Assembly (NCBI RefSeq): GCF_003918875.1
Contig: NW_025767589.1
Coordinates: 186,001-250,000 of the forward strand
DNA: 64,000 bases
Reading direction: 5' to 3'
Source of the DNA: Haliotis rubra
Taxonomy: Eukaryota
Part shown: positions 26,501-40,700 of the stretch, piece after piece
Numbering within the stretch: the first letter of the stretch is position 1
Layout of the letters: every line of letters begins with the position of its first letter
Notes under the pieces: model-generated
Databases searched by the model: none
What the model was told of the DNA's origin: nothing
The model's input: only the letters and a program-made list of their open reading frames with translations
Program-made: the position numbers and the translations under genes

Positions 26501-29500
26501 GCCTGGGTGCCGTTCCACTAACCGATCTTAGCCCTATGCCAATCGTAAACCCCTAAAATCCCAATCTTAGCGTGACGTTACGATCGGCATACCGTTCCAT
26601 TAACCAATCTAACCCAAGTCAATCGTAAAGTTAAGATTCAAAGTCTAAGTTGCTCATGACCAACTTAGGATAGCTAAAATCAATCGTAGAGAAACCAAAA
26701 TGGTGGCTTTCCTATTTTATGTGAAAAATAAGAGCGAGCATTTCACCGTGAGCGTCCCCTAAAATCCCCCATGAAATGAATTTGTATATTTCTGTGATGT
26801 AAACAAACACTGCACTGATGTCAGGCCAGTCTGACCACTGTCGTCATGGGAACACAACCGAGCGAGTCGGTGTAACACATTTGTACAACAATATTGCAAC
26901 GTCATAGTTAAGAATATGGACAGCCGTGAAGTGAACAATGTTCTGAAACAAAAAGATACAAATATGTTTGATTTCACGTGCGCTTATTTGGTGGGGGATT
27001 CTGAAGGCAGGCCGCGTGTTATTCAAGACCACTGACAGATTCTACATACGTTATAGAGGATGCCTCGTCACGCCTTGTTTATTCTGATTGACAAGGTTCA
27101 GGCACATAATAAAAGCTCTGACATAATTGACATTTTTTAAGTCCAGACTTAAAACCTGTTCTCAGTATATTACTTATAATTTCGGCTGTAAATACTCTCG
27201 TGTAAATTATCTGTACATAGCGCTTGAGCATGCCCCGGGATGTGGAATAGGCGCACTTTAAATATACATATATTATTATTATATTATGCCTGATACCCAG
27301 CGTTCACACACACTTGCACCTGAAACCAAGGTGCTCACTACCCTAATATTTTGCTCTAGTTTTTTTCTCCACGTTTACACTTGGTTGGAAAAATACCCAT
27401 GAAGGCCCAAATTAGAATATTGAACTTCAATAACCCATGCTTGTCGTAAGAGGCCACTAACGGGATTGGGTGGTCAGGCTCGCTGACTTGGTTGACACAT
27501 GTCATCGGTTCCCAACTGCGCAGATCGATCCTCATGCTGTTGATCACTGGATTGTCTGGTCCAGACTCGATTATTTATAGCTAAGATACATAGCGTTCAC
27601 TAACATGAACGCTCATGTTAGTGAACGCTATGCATCTTAATTAGCTAGATTATTTACAGACCGCCGCGATATAGCTTGACTATTGCTGAGTGCGGCGTAA
27701 ATCTAAACTCACTCACTCACTCAGTTGGTTCGTAAACTACTTCCATCATTTGCTAGACTATGCAAAGGGAAATAACTCGTGCATCGCATTCCTCTATCTC
27801 TCTCTAACGAAAGAGTCTCCATCTAAGCTTGGATCGGATCGTAAGATCGGGACCGGCTACGATCGGCCTAAGATCGGTTAGTGGAACGGGTGTAACTTTT
27901 AGCTAAGAAGATTGTAAAATTGGCGTAACTTGCTAAGATTGATCTTAGTTAAGATCGGTTAGTGGAACGGCACCCTGAACAGTTTCTCAAATCTTGTCGT
28001 ACCATTAGTCTATTGAATACCTCATATAAGGTTGCATCTGCAGTTATCGCTAACAATGAGTGAGTGAGTTAATATATAGCGTCACATCGGCAATATTGTA
28101 GCCATATTGTGACGAGATCAATTTAATTCATGATAACACAATGCCATTTAGAAAGTGGTCAAAAGTAACATATGTTATATTTGGGATTACACTTTCTTAG
28201 TAAAGTACAAATTCTAGTACTTTTTGGCTTGAGTTCCACGCGGTGGAAGTCTCGGTGGCTGAGCAGGTTAGGTGGCTGACTTTGTGTGCTGGCGTTTAGG
28301 TGCCTGACTCCGAGGGTGTGGGTTCGAATCCCGGATTGGACTCAACCCCAAAAGTACAAACATGGATTTCAATTCTCCTACATGATATAGAATCATTTCG
28401 GAAGCCCTTTGTTCAAAATTACTAGAGGATGCAGACAAGAGGATCCGGTCTTGCCATATATATTCATCCTATGTGTAGAAATCTGAGCAATTATGATAAG
28501 AAAAGATAAGAGGACAAAGGGTAATAAGATGGGAAATGTTGAAAGCCTTTTAGCTCAGGTTGCAGATGATACTTCATTAACATTAGATGATACTGAGAAA
28601 GGTCGCTATGCAGTTCCTAATGTCTTAACTGTTTTTGCAAGGTTTCTGAACTTCAAGTTAATACTGAAAAGACAAGACTAATATGGATAGGATCCAAAGA
28701 AAGGTCAGGATGCGAGCTATCAATCTAGATTGGTTACACTCATAATTTCATCTGTTAGGTATCAAAGTTGATGTTGATGTTGATCTAGAATCTATGGTAA
28801 TCATTAATTATTCTGACTAGCTTAGGAAAATTGAGAGACATATGAAAATTTGAGAATCAAGATTTTTAACACCTATGGGAAGAAATGTTGTCTTGAAATC
28901 CTTATTACTGTCAAAATTAAACCATCTCTTCTCATCTATACCAAGTCCACCAGATGATATGATTCAATCTTTTCAGAAGAAATGCTTTGATTTTAATTGG
29001 AAGGGTAAGAACGACAAAATCAAAAGAAAGGTTGCTACTACCGCTGCTGAATATGGAGCTCGAGGTTTCAATGGTGTTTATATTAGCAAATGTAGGCTAT
29101 TCCAAATAGATTCTGAAGGGATGTTGTGGAGGCATGGTCTGACTATCTAACAATTTGTTATAAGAATGCGGCTCAAAGTAAATCCATCACTCTGGCACAA
29201 TATTTTGATTGGTGGCAGAACAGTCTATCACAGCAATATGGAAGAAAAGGGAATAACATACTTGAGAAATCAAGTAAATGATGACGGTAATGTACTGACT
29301 TTGGATGAAATATGATATAGCTGTTGATTTTCTTACATACCAAGGTCTTAAAAGAGCAATCTTTGAATATATGAAAAAGAGAAATGTCACTTTTAAACAT
29401 GTGGAAAACATACTTGCCTACCCTACTTTTTTTCCTTTTAGCATTTTCAAAATAGCTAATAGTAAACATAACTTTTTTATAAACACAATGCCAATTTTGT

Positions 29501-31760
29501 TTTAATAAAACAAATGAACAATTAAAATGGGAAGAAATATTGAACAGACATTTCTAACAGAACGAATGGGAAAATACTAATTTGGTGGCTTATCGATGTA
29601 CTCAAAGCGTTAAATTAGAATGGTTTCAGTACAAGATAACTCAGAATTCTTTGACAACTAATATTCACTTGCATGAGATTGGATACATTGATTCATCCGT
29701 GTGTTCGTTTTGTAACCAGGTGCCTGAGAGTGTTATACATTTATTGTGTGATTGTATTCATTCAAGCGAAAGAGTTGACTAAGTGGCTCAAACAATTAGC
29801 TGAAGGATACATTGATTTAACACCGGAAAATATTATTTTTGGTTTCAACGGGAGAAATAATAACCCACTTAATGCCATCTGTTCAAGTGGTGAAACCAAA
29901 TATCTACACTATGAGCAGAAAGGAGAAAAACCCAATTTTAATGCGCCCAAAAAGAAATATTAAGTTACTATCAGTCATGCAAATTTATTGCTTTTACAAA
30001 CAATAATCAGTCAAAATTCTTTGCATTTTGGTCCTCTTTCCACACACTATTTTTAGACTTTGAGGCTCAATATTCAAATGTAATGTAAAATGACTTATGC
30101 TTTGCAGGTTATTAGATACAGTTAACCTGCACTAGCCGTTGTTTATTATACACGGCATGAACAATACTGTGTATCTATGCATACCTATGTACATGTAACA
30201 TCTGTTGGGAAATAATGAGTAATGTAAAAACGTCTTATGCCTTGCATGTTACCAGTCGCTTCAAACCTTCACTAGTCGTAGTTCATATACAATATGAACA
30301 ATGTTATGTATCTACGCATACCTATGTATATGTAAAAATCTGCTGGGAAATAATGGGTAATGTGGATGACAAACTGGTTGTCTTAGTGAGAGGGTATACT
30401 AATGCAATCAAAATATTCATCACCATGAACGTTTGTGTCACTGATACCAGTTAAAATGAGCATCAGAAGGCATTACTCCCCTGTAATAATTCGTTACTCT
30501 GAAAAGTCTTAATCCATCCCTTATTTGGAATAATCCATTATGCAGATATCATAACCAGCAGATCCTTGTATAGTGATCTACCTTCAGATGTTGGTAATCT
30601 ATAGCCTGTTTTTTTATATTGTACTGTCTTCTGTAACTAAATATTTTAGATTTAGATACTTGTTTTAAATTCATAACTGTGAGATTCTAGTTGTTTTTCT
30701 GTCCTTCGCTGACAGGCTTTTTTGAATTTACCTATATGTATTATAAAAGTAAACCTGTTTTTAGTCACGACATGGATGAAATATTGCCGATGTGACTTAA
30801 AATCTTAACTCACTCACTCATAACAGGAAGATCTCACATCTCCAGCAATATAGCCCACTTTGACAGTTTAGAGACTGTCAATACTCCTTTCAGTGTTGAA
30901 TCCTACCTTTCTGTATCTCCCTACAGGTTCCTGTCATGCAGGAAAGTTTGGAGACACCTGTAGCTACTCCTGTCACTGCGGGACATCATGTGACGAGACT
31001 ACAGGTGTCTGTTCTGGTTCTTGTGATAGGGGGTGGACAAAGGAAGGAGGTCTTTGCCAGACAAGTGAGTGACACATGCATTTAACGCTATCATATGGAT
31101 GTGTTAATTATTCTCCTTTGTTCGGTGTTAAAACTGCCTGTTTGCATTATAAAATGCATGATTATCCCTTAACTCACACTGTATACAACATTTACAGATA
31201 GGTTGTAGAGTTGTGGTTGTCATTACACCATCAACTTGAATCCGACTGTCACCATACATGTAAACCCTGTGAACCTTTTCAGTATTTGAACATATTGGGA
31301 TTTTTATGGAAGCATGTGTATGACATGATTCTTGTACCACATAGGAAACATTGCACTGAGCAAGACAACATCAACAACACCTGAAGCGTACGTAGGGTGG
31401 CCCGCATCAAATGCTGTGGATGGAGCCAATGCCATTGATGGTGAGGGTAGAACCTGTTTCCACGCTGGCGGATCTCCGTCAAACTGGACAGTGGATCTTG
31501 GCCGGGACTTCCACCTGTATGACATCAGGATCTACAGTAGAGGTGGATGTAGGTATCCAGGAAACAGGATCTAACACAGATATGTACAGTAGGCTGATAT
31601 TGCTCCCTCCGACGAGGCATATTTGCATTATGCTCTTGTGATGAAACCAAAGCAAAACAATCCCCTAATATACCTCAGCGAGTGATATCTTCACTTTTCT
31701 GTATCTGCTCACTTCTAGTATTTCATACCATACATTCAATAACATAAAACAATAACAATT

Positions 31761-31791
<31 letters not shown>

Positions 31792-34700
31792 CAATACCCC
31801 ATTTATATTACCTAATAATATATAAGATGTTTTGAATATTATTATACCATTTATATCAATATATTAAACATTCCATATCAGTGAATTGGCTCAGAAACAA
31901 TTCCGTCTCGAGGTGTATATAACAATTGAATACTGGGTAACAGAAGAAAGTAAATGTGCATTAGGTTTGTATTGCTTTGTCAAATACTGCAAAATACGGC
32001 ATTTTTTGTTATAACGGTGGGGCACCATCATCTAATATACAGTACAACCAGAAATTATTGAGAATTTAAAGATCGTAAATTTTATATTTTTTTCACTCCT
32101 TACTCACGTATTAAATGTGAATATAAGCAGAACATAACTCCAGATTCAAAGACAGGTGAACAGTAAGTCACCATGGGTAGCAATGCAGGCTTCAATGCGG
32201 CGGGGCATACTACTGATCAAAGAAGTTAGAAAGGCGTGGTCCATGCTGTCCCAATATCGGACCACCTCTTCTTTCATTTCAGCAATATTTGTCAGATTTT
32301 TCTTATTGACACTTTCCTTCATAAGTCCCCAAACATTTTCTAATGGATTTAAGTCAGCGCTATAGCTTTGCCAATCTAATAATGTCATAGTTTGGGTCCG
32401 AAACCAGGCCTGTGAATGCTTTGAACGATGTTTTGGGTCGTTGTCCTGCTGGAAAATCCAAAAATGTCCATGGAACACGTGAGCAGATGGAAGTAAATGT
32501 CCCTCGAGAATATCTGTGTACCGCTCACTGTTCATATTCCCTTCAAATACACAGAGGGGCGTTGCCCCTAACACAGATTTGCATTTCGGACTGTACTTTG
32601 GGCGCTGATGCAAAGGTTTTTCAGTTTGTTTGGTCCAGAATTTCAGTGTATTAGAAAACAGCCACACAGAACTTTTATCTGAGAAAATCACATTGTCCCA
32701 GTTAAAATGTCTATGCTGTAAGCACCAGTTTAACCTTCGCTCCTTTTGTTCAGGTTTTATGATCGGTGATGGAATTCCTCGACTTTTCTGCCAACCCATT
32801 GCATGCAGCTCAGTTCTAATTGTCTCCTTACAGACAGCCACAGTTCCTGTATCAATCATATCCAGCCTCAAGTTTTCCAAACTCCTTCGTTTGATTTTAG
32901 AAACAAGAATACCAAGACGCCTCCTGTCACCGACAGTCAGTTTTCTGGTCCTACCTGTGCCTCCCTGGTGCTCAATGCCATATACATTTGGAATTTTTTT
33001 TCAAAATACGATAAACAGTGGACAAAGGGATGCCTGTTCTACTTGAAATCACCTTAGCTGATCTGATGTCCTTGCTATAATACTCTAAAATCAACTTCCT
33101 CTTCTCTACATCATCCATACTGAGGATCAGTGAAAATGTCGTCTAGCAAGTAAACAAAGGGGGGGTAACTCTTCGCAAACTAATGAAAAAGGATTAACGG
33201 AGTTGTCTCTCTTGAATGAAACCAAACACTTGATAGCTGGTTAAGGTTGTTTATACTAGAAATCCACTTAAACATATTCCTAAAATTCTCAATAATTTCT
33301 GGCCATACTATACATGAACGAGTGTTATTTAAAAGCATTTAAATCCATCCTATTATCGCTATACTGTTTCAGGATTCATCTACATATCCTACAAAATTCA
33401 GGGTCATTCCGCTGATTTAAGCCAATTTCAATACCAGCAATAATAGTTCTCACATTTAGCCTACTTACAGTCGATAATATTAACAAGTGTACCCAACAAG
33501 ACATGAATGGAATAAATATAGGTTATCACTTTGGGGTGATAACTGTGCTGTATCAGGACCAGACAGTATGTGTTTCGCTCAGCTTTGTAGATACTATACT
33601 GTGGTGTGATATGTATATATATACTCAGCAGCAAACGAAAAAGGTCAGCACAAATTCAAAATTAGATAGGCACTGTACTCAAATCATTACAGAAATTGAC
33701 ATAATAAGCGGATCAAAAACATTTTGTGTGTGCAATATCTTGACACATCAATTAATAACTCAGCAGAATTTCAAGACATTGCGTGAACGTTTGCAGTCCA
33801 TTTAGACCCTTGACTTTAGTATATAGCGTGACCACCACGAGCGGCAATAACTGCAGCACAGCGTCTATGCATGAAGTGCACCAATCGATTGATGAAGGCC
33901 ATTGGCACCTGGAACCACACTCTGAGAAAGGCCTGGTACAATAAATCGGCTGTGTTCGGCCTTGGTATGACATTATTCAGTCTCCTCTGAATTTCATCCC
34001 AAAGATGTTCAATTGGGTTTAAATCAGGGCTAAGGGCTGGCCACTGCTGTAGGGGAGTCCCGTATAGCTCTGGCAGTATGGGCACGGGCGTTATCATGCT
34101 GGAAAATGTTGTTCCGGTGACGTGCGAAATGTGGTATGGCGTGGGGTCTGAGAGCTTGGTCGATGTAGCGCACCGCTGTGATGCCGCCTCCTCTCCCTGG
34201 ACCAAGGTTCTGGAACACCACAGAACCCATTCTCTGGTGCAGGCATATTCCACCCAATACCATGATGCTTGCACCTCCGAATGAATCTCTTTCCATAACA
34301 CATTGGTCTGAGTAACGCTGGCCACATCGTCGCCATATTCTTGTTCTGCCATATGCAGTTGATACGCAGTACCGACTCTCATCTGTGAACAGCAAATTTC
34401 ACACAGTTCTCCTTTGCCTGTATCGCCAGTTTTGGTGTTATAGGGCAAACTGTACACGTTCACGCCGATGACGAGGGGTGAGGATAGGTCCATGGTGAGG
34501 TCTACGGCAATGGAGGTTCCCGCTATAAGACGTCGGCGTACTGTATCAGTACTGATTGGTCTTCTGTGTGTTCCCACTGTCTGGCGTGCTGCATAAAGGG
34601 ATTCTGTACATGCTGTCGCACAACATGGCGGTCTTGTCGTCTTGTGGTCACCCTTGGTCTGCCAGTATCATTTATGGTGTTGGTGGCCCGGAAACGTTGC

Positions 34701-37700
34701 TGCAGCCTGTAGATGGTCCGAACGTGGACCTGGAAGTGATTGGCAACGGCTTGTGCGGTGTGGCCAGCTTCAAGTCTTCTTAGCGCCAGGTTCATCTGAG
34801 CTGTCGTGAGTCGCGGCATCCTTCTGACGTTGTAATGTGCATGTTTCAACCAGGTTTGGGGGTGCATTTTATAGGGCTGGTCCTTGTGAACAGCACGTGC
34901 AGCATGAGTTGTATGAAAAACATGGAGAACACCGTGCCATCTCCGAGATCAGGTTACGTTTTTGAGACCAGTTCCTGGGTTCCATTCTGAGTTTGGGAAG
35001 GAATAACTTTGCTCAGGTAAGTTGGAGATGTTGTCAAAAATATACAATGAACACATTAAATGAAGTTATCTGTTTCCGCGAAGAAAAAGTCCAAACTGAC
35101 GTTTCTTTTACTGCCTAGTATACATATATACCAACGGAAAAAAAGTTACTGTGCCTAACATAAAATTGCATAAGGTAAAGTTATTTGAAAAATTATAAAA
35201 CTAACTCTAAATAAACATGTAGCAAAGCACTTTGCATGAAATGTGATGCTACGTAATGCGCGTGGCACGTGCACATTGTGCACAATGACTTACTCACTTT
35301 TTGCATGCTTTTGGACACGTGAAGTTCACACACCTAATATTGAAAATTGAAGGACGGTTGATTATTCTACAACCTCTGAATGCTTTGGAACACTCGTTAA
35401 TTGCAACCTAAACTGCGCGTACGTCATGCCACGGCTTACAGAAAATCAGCGTCTCCGCGCCGTTGGCATGCTCTATAGAGACATTTTCAACATAATGGGA
35501 ACACGAGAGATCCACATGTGAAATCACGTCACAACAACCATATTCGGCTGACCTGAATCGTTTCCAGACAGCCAGTTTGTCTGCTGGGACCATTCATGGT
35601 TTACGTCCCAATCAGTCCCAGGCCTGTAGTACCGGATGAGGGACCACAACATCCTACTCCGGCGGCCTGCAATACGTCCAATTTTGCTCCAACGTCACCG
35701 ACAGGCATGTCTTGCCAGGTACAGGCAGCATCTCACGGTACAAGGGACAAGATTGGGATTGTGTTTTGTTCACTGGCAAGTCGATATTTCATCTGGACAG
35801 GTCAGATGTCAGTGTACAGACGGCGAGATGAACGGTATGTTGACACGTGCGACGTTCAACGTCAAGTTTTTGTGCGGAAGCGTTATGATATGGCGTTATG
35901 TTATGACAACGCATCTCATGGTCGGCCACAATTTGTCAATGGCAAAATAACAGGTCTGCGATACAGGTATGAGATCATTGGGTCTCATGTGCAGTCGTTA
36001 AGAGGCGTAACTTCACCCTTCAGCAAGATGATCCCTGTCTATATGTCTCTCGTGTTGTGCTTGAAACGAAATAGAGCGACGATTACGTCTGGCCCGTAAT
36101 CAGCCACTGACGTTAGCTGAATTGGAACACGCGGGTTCAGACATAGAACACCATTATCCAAGCTTTCTTCAATCTCTTAGTGTCGTCTATGCATCATCCT
36201 GCATCCTGTCAAACCTGCATCAACACCAATGGTGGACACACACGATACTGAAATTGTGAACTGTCATTTGACACCACATCTCTTCGAAGGCTTGTCACGG
36301 TGCCTAGTGTCAAATCATAAATATGTCGATATTCTCCTGTCAACAGTCAAATAGTTATTAAGGAAAACATCACATATCATGTTATTATCTTTTTTGCATT
36401 AAAAATGGCATAACATGAAATGATTCACAGTTACTTTATTCCAGTAGTAGAATTGCTTCCCTTCACATAATGTTGTTGTGTCTTGGTTGTGTTTGATACT
36501 TATTACAACTAAGCAGATATGAGTTACTGTTTATATACGGACGGTATGAGTAATTAACGTATTCATAACCTTGATGATCAGGACCTTTACTCGGTCAGTG
36601 AAGAAATCACAAATTTAAAAGGGATTTTGTGCAAAACATGTGCAGTCAGACGAATCTTGAGCTTCAATGTGCTGTTATTTTTGCCAAACGATCGGGAGTT
36701 TTGGTGTCAGTATTCTAATCTAATCCGTATCTGCTGTAAAGCATATACTTTAAATTGGACGTGTTTCCTCTCAATTAAGGTATTATTCCATAACATGAAC
36801 ATAGTTTTGTGATCTGAAATGTGAGCAAACAACGACTATATTGACACAGTATTAAAACATGTTTGTTTCAAAGTCTACTTTAGAAATGCCAACTCAAGCA
36901 TCTATCTGAACAACGACACCTCCAACATCTGCTCCACCCTCCCGAGGCCATCAGATACTCCCAACCCAACTGACGTGACGTGTAACGGTACCGGGAGATA
37001 CGTCACCATCAGGAACCCGGGGGCTGGAGGACGTGATGGCTATGCTAGTGCACTGAACATCTGTGAGGTTGAGATCTATGGTAAGTCATTTATTGTATTC
37101 AGTATGTGTATTGTTTCATTGTTCATTCACAGCGAATGTACGGGTCATGTAAGTTCCATGCCAGGGTCCCGATCCACAAATCATTTGGGCCAAGATTTTC
37201 GAAGCTCTCTTAGCGCTAAGATAGTCGTAAGGTAATGTTAAAGTATGGCACTTGTGCCAGATGTTTGCGTCAGTGTTTTAGAAGCTATACCATATGAAAT
37301 AAACAGCAGATGTTATTACTGAACAACTGTGCAAGTTGTCCGATATATTCAGCCAACTGCTTCACTGTTTTGTTAGTCACCAGCCACATCATTCACAATA
37401 GATAGATGGGTGCCTTCGGTAGGGCAGGAAATGCTTACCCCTTCCGCTAATATATGATACCATTACTGCTACACAGTGCTATAGTTAGTGTTCTGAGCTT
37501 GTGAGAGTCCATTTCCGTTTTACGCTCAATGAAGTATGTTTTGTCAAAAGATAAGACTGGTTAATATTCTCTGGAGCTGACGTTTATTCATCTTGAAGTC
37601 CTCTTACTTCGACTAAATGCACATTTGCATTACCACAAAGAAAGACATGACTCCATTCTCCCTGTTATGTTATATGTAATTATCTATGGAATTTGCTATG

Positions 37701-40700
37701 GAACTCACAATCTGGTTCTGGTCTGCGATGGTAACAACGCACTGAAGGCAGATACTCTTGATCTCTTGGTGCGACTCCTTTGGTAACAGATCTAGACTAT
37801 AGCTTTAAGGCTAAGCAACATGGAGATGTTTCTTGAGCATCAGCGCGTCAAATATCGTATTGCGAATAAAACGAATATCGTTTTGAGATTCCCTCCTACA
37901 AAATACTTGACAAATGGCAGTGTATTGAGGGGACCAGTTTATATTTGACTACGTTGCATTTGTTGGTATTAAGGTTGGGAAATGATGAAATTATGCGATG
38001 TAATTGTAACAGCACACTGTTTATTTCTATCAACCATCGTAAGATGCAAAAAGCTGTAGCTATCACTGATCAAATCAGGTAAATAGAATAATGTCGGCAG
38101 TTCATCAATTCGATATTCGCACAAATTCCCATTTATTAATGGCTACAAGTTAATACTCATATATATACATTTGTCTTTATGTATTCATCTGGATATTATT
38201 ATGCACCAGTCTGCAGTACAGGTGTCTACGGAGTGAGCTGTAATATGTTCTGTCACTGCCTGGGTTCAACGTGTGATCGGTGGACTGGATTGTGTCCTGG
38301 AGACTGTAGACCAGGGTGGCAGGGGCAGAGATGTGATTCAGGTAAGAGGTTTCTACTGTCAGGATTGATGGCACCAGTCAGTGGTACTGGAGACTGTAAT
38401 GGACATGTTGACTGTGTCCGTAGGTTAATCATTAATGATCTAATCTAATCTAGTCATTTTGTATAGAGCGGAGATTCCAGTTTGACTGTTCCCTGGCGCT
38501 TTCACATATTCACAGTATGTACACAGTATATAAACAGTTAATCTCGTTTGTAAGTCATAGACAATTTTGAAGAAATGCAAAAGGACTTTGTGGACGTCTT
38601 ACTGTGGGTTGGTTTGTAGGGACATGTTAAGTGGTGATCGACCTCACATATAGACTTGTTTCATACAGTTTGCTGACACGATTACCCGGGAAGCTCACAT
38701 GTTTCTCAACTTTATGAACTTGATGCTTTTCTACATTTTACAGCTTGCAACAACACTACCTATGACATCAACTGCTACAAAACATGTGCTGGGCGGAAGT
38801 GTTCAGCTACAAATTCGTCATGTGACCGTCACACTGGATCATGTGACACAGGATGTCATCCTGGGTGGATGGAGGTTGACTGCACACAAGGTATAGAATC
38901 TTGACAGTTTATTGATAATTAACGATAAAGTTGCGTGGAAGGGAGAGAAAGGACAGGTAATGCCACCAATGAGGTTCACTAACTTGGGTGGCAATAAATA
39001 TGACTGGTTGACTGGTTGAAGCCACTGTGAGAGAGCAGAGACACCTTCCACAATCACAACTTTCATAATATGTACAGGCCATGCGAAACATGAAGAAACA
39101 TCTGTGATAGTGACAAACTTACTTTTGCTTTGTGCGAAGAGAAACTGGATACGGTGTCAAAGTATTTTGTAAGAAATAAAGCAATGGATCATGGTATCAA
39201 GATTGAAAAATTAAATATACTTAGATTTATATGTGTCGCATCATGATATACAACATGTACTAATGAATGTGATGCTTGATAGGTAATGAATAACACATAT
39301 GTATGTGTTACGTAAAAGATGAGGTGACATATGACTTATTTAATCATCTTATTCCAGAATGTGACTCCCAACATTATGGGAGCAAGTGCAACATGAGTTG
39401 TAGCTCCAGACACTGTGTGAAGAGCTCTTCCTGTGACGCAACAGGGATCTGTGATGGTGGATGTGAAGCAGGCTGGACAGGGGATGACTGTACAGGTAAT
39501 AACAAGATGTCGACGTGGGGTGCAAAGCAGCAAGCAGGTTACAATGGATCGGAGACGGGGGAGATACTATGACTCTACATAAGCTACTGCAATATCGGGA
39601 GAGAAGCTAGTCACGAGAGTTTGTGACTGTTCGTAACAGAGTGATGATTGTGATGTGACTGATGGTCAATGCTAAAGTCCATGTAATGTCCTAAGGATGG
39701 GAAGCAGCGGATGGGACACAGGTTAAAACAGTCATTTCATGTCGGACTTCAGACTTTCAACAAATAGTCAGAGCACGGCAATGTAGGACACGTTCAACTG
39801 CCTATACAAAGTCGTACGCACATACCTAATCATGGAAATAAATAATCATTGAACAATCTACACGTGTCATTTCAGCCCAATTATGGTATCGTCATGTATC
39901 TGAGTAAAGGTTGGATTGTCAAAGCCAGGGTAGAGCGTGTGAGGGTAACATCGCGCATGACAAGCATCCATATTTCTACAGCGGTTGTGACACAGGATAC
40001 CCAAGTGACTTGTTCATGTATATATCAATTCTAACAACAGTAATCTGCCGAAGAAAGAAACTTTCCTTCAATTTATGACAGATGCATTATTGGTATAACA
40101 TCATGGATTTGCTTTTGAAACAGAGGCTTCTAAAATGACAAAGATTATTTCAGTAAGCACGTTTTATGTGATGAGAGACGTTTGCACATCTCTGCTGACA
40201 TTGACCGTAATCTTCTCCATTCTACATCCAGAGAAAGTTGCCACACATACCCCAAGTCAGCAGCCTGAAGCCGCCTCTTTTCCAATCGCTGCTGTAGTGG
40301 GAGCTGTAGTCGGCGTGGTGGTGATACTGCTACTGGTCCTCGCAGTCATCCTGATCAGGTCTGTTTTGTCCAGAACGAATCAGCTTTTTAAAACCAATAC
40401 AAACCTCTGTAATGTCTTCAAATACAATGCATCAGTACATATTTATTGCAAAATCACGAGCCCTTGTTCTATTCAAGCTATATTTCAATTTGTGTCCTTA
40501 CATTTAGAAGAAGACGGGGGAAAAGTCATGGACGCTCAACACACAAGCCAGTGGCTGCTGATAACGTGAAACCCACACAAGGTAGATTCGTCTCTCTGGT
40601 TTGCTTAATTTATGCAAGATTATTTTTGACTGGTGTAATATACAGAGGCTGTAGCATACGTAAATGATCTTGTATAGTCAACAATAATACTGCATGATGG

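Larger units (their letters stand above)
26506..27974. mobile_element. Non-autonomous PIF/Harbinger-like element
   Basis: TIR ggtgccgttccactaaccgatctta / taagatcggttagtggaacggcacc, repeated subterminally. 3-bp TSD CTG. Confidence 0.85.
26060..30070 (+). mobile_element. Degenerate Tx1/L1-type LINE ORF2 in intron 1 of copy B
   Basis: [77 protein letters not shown]. Many stops; interrupted by later insertions. Confidence 0.85.
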
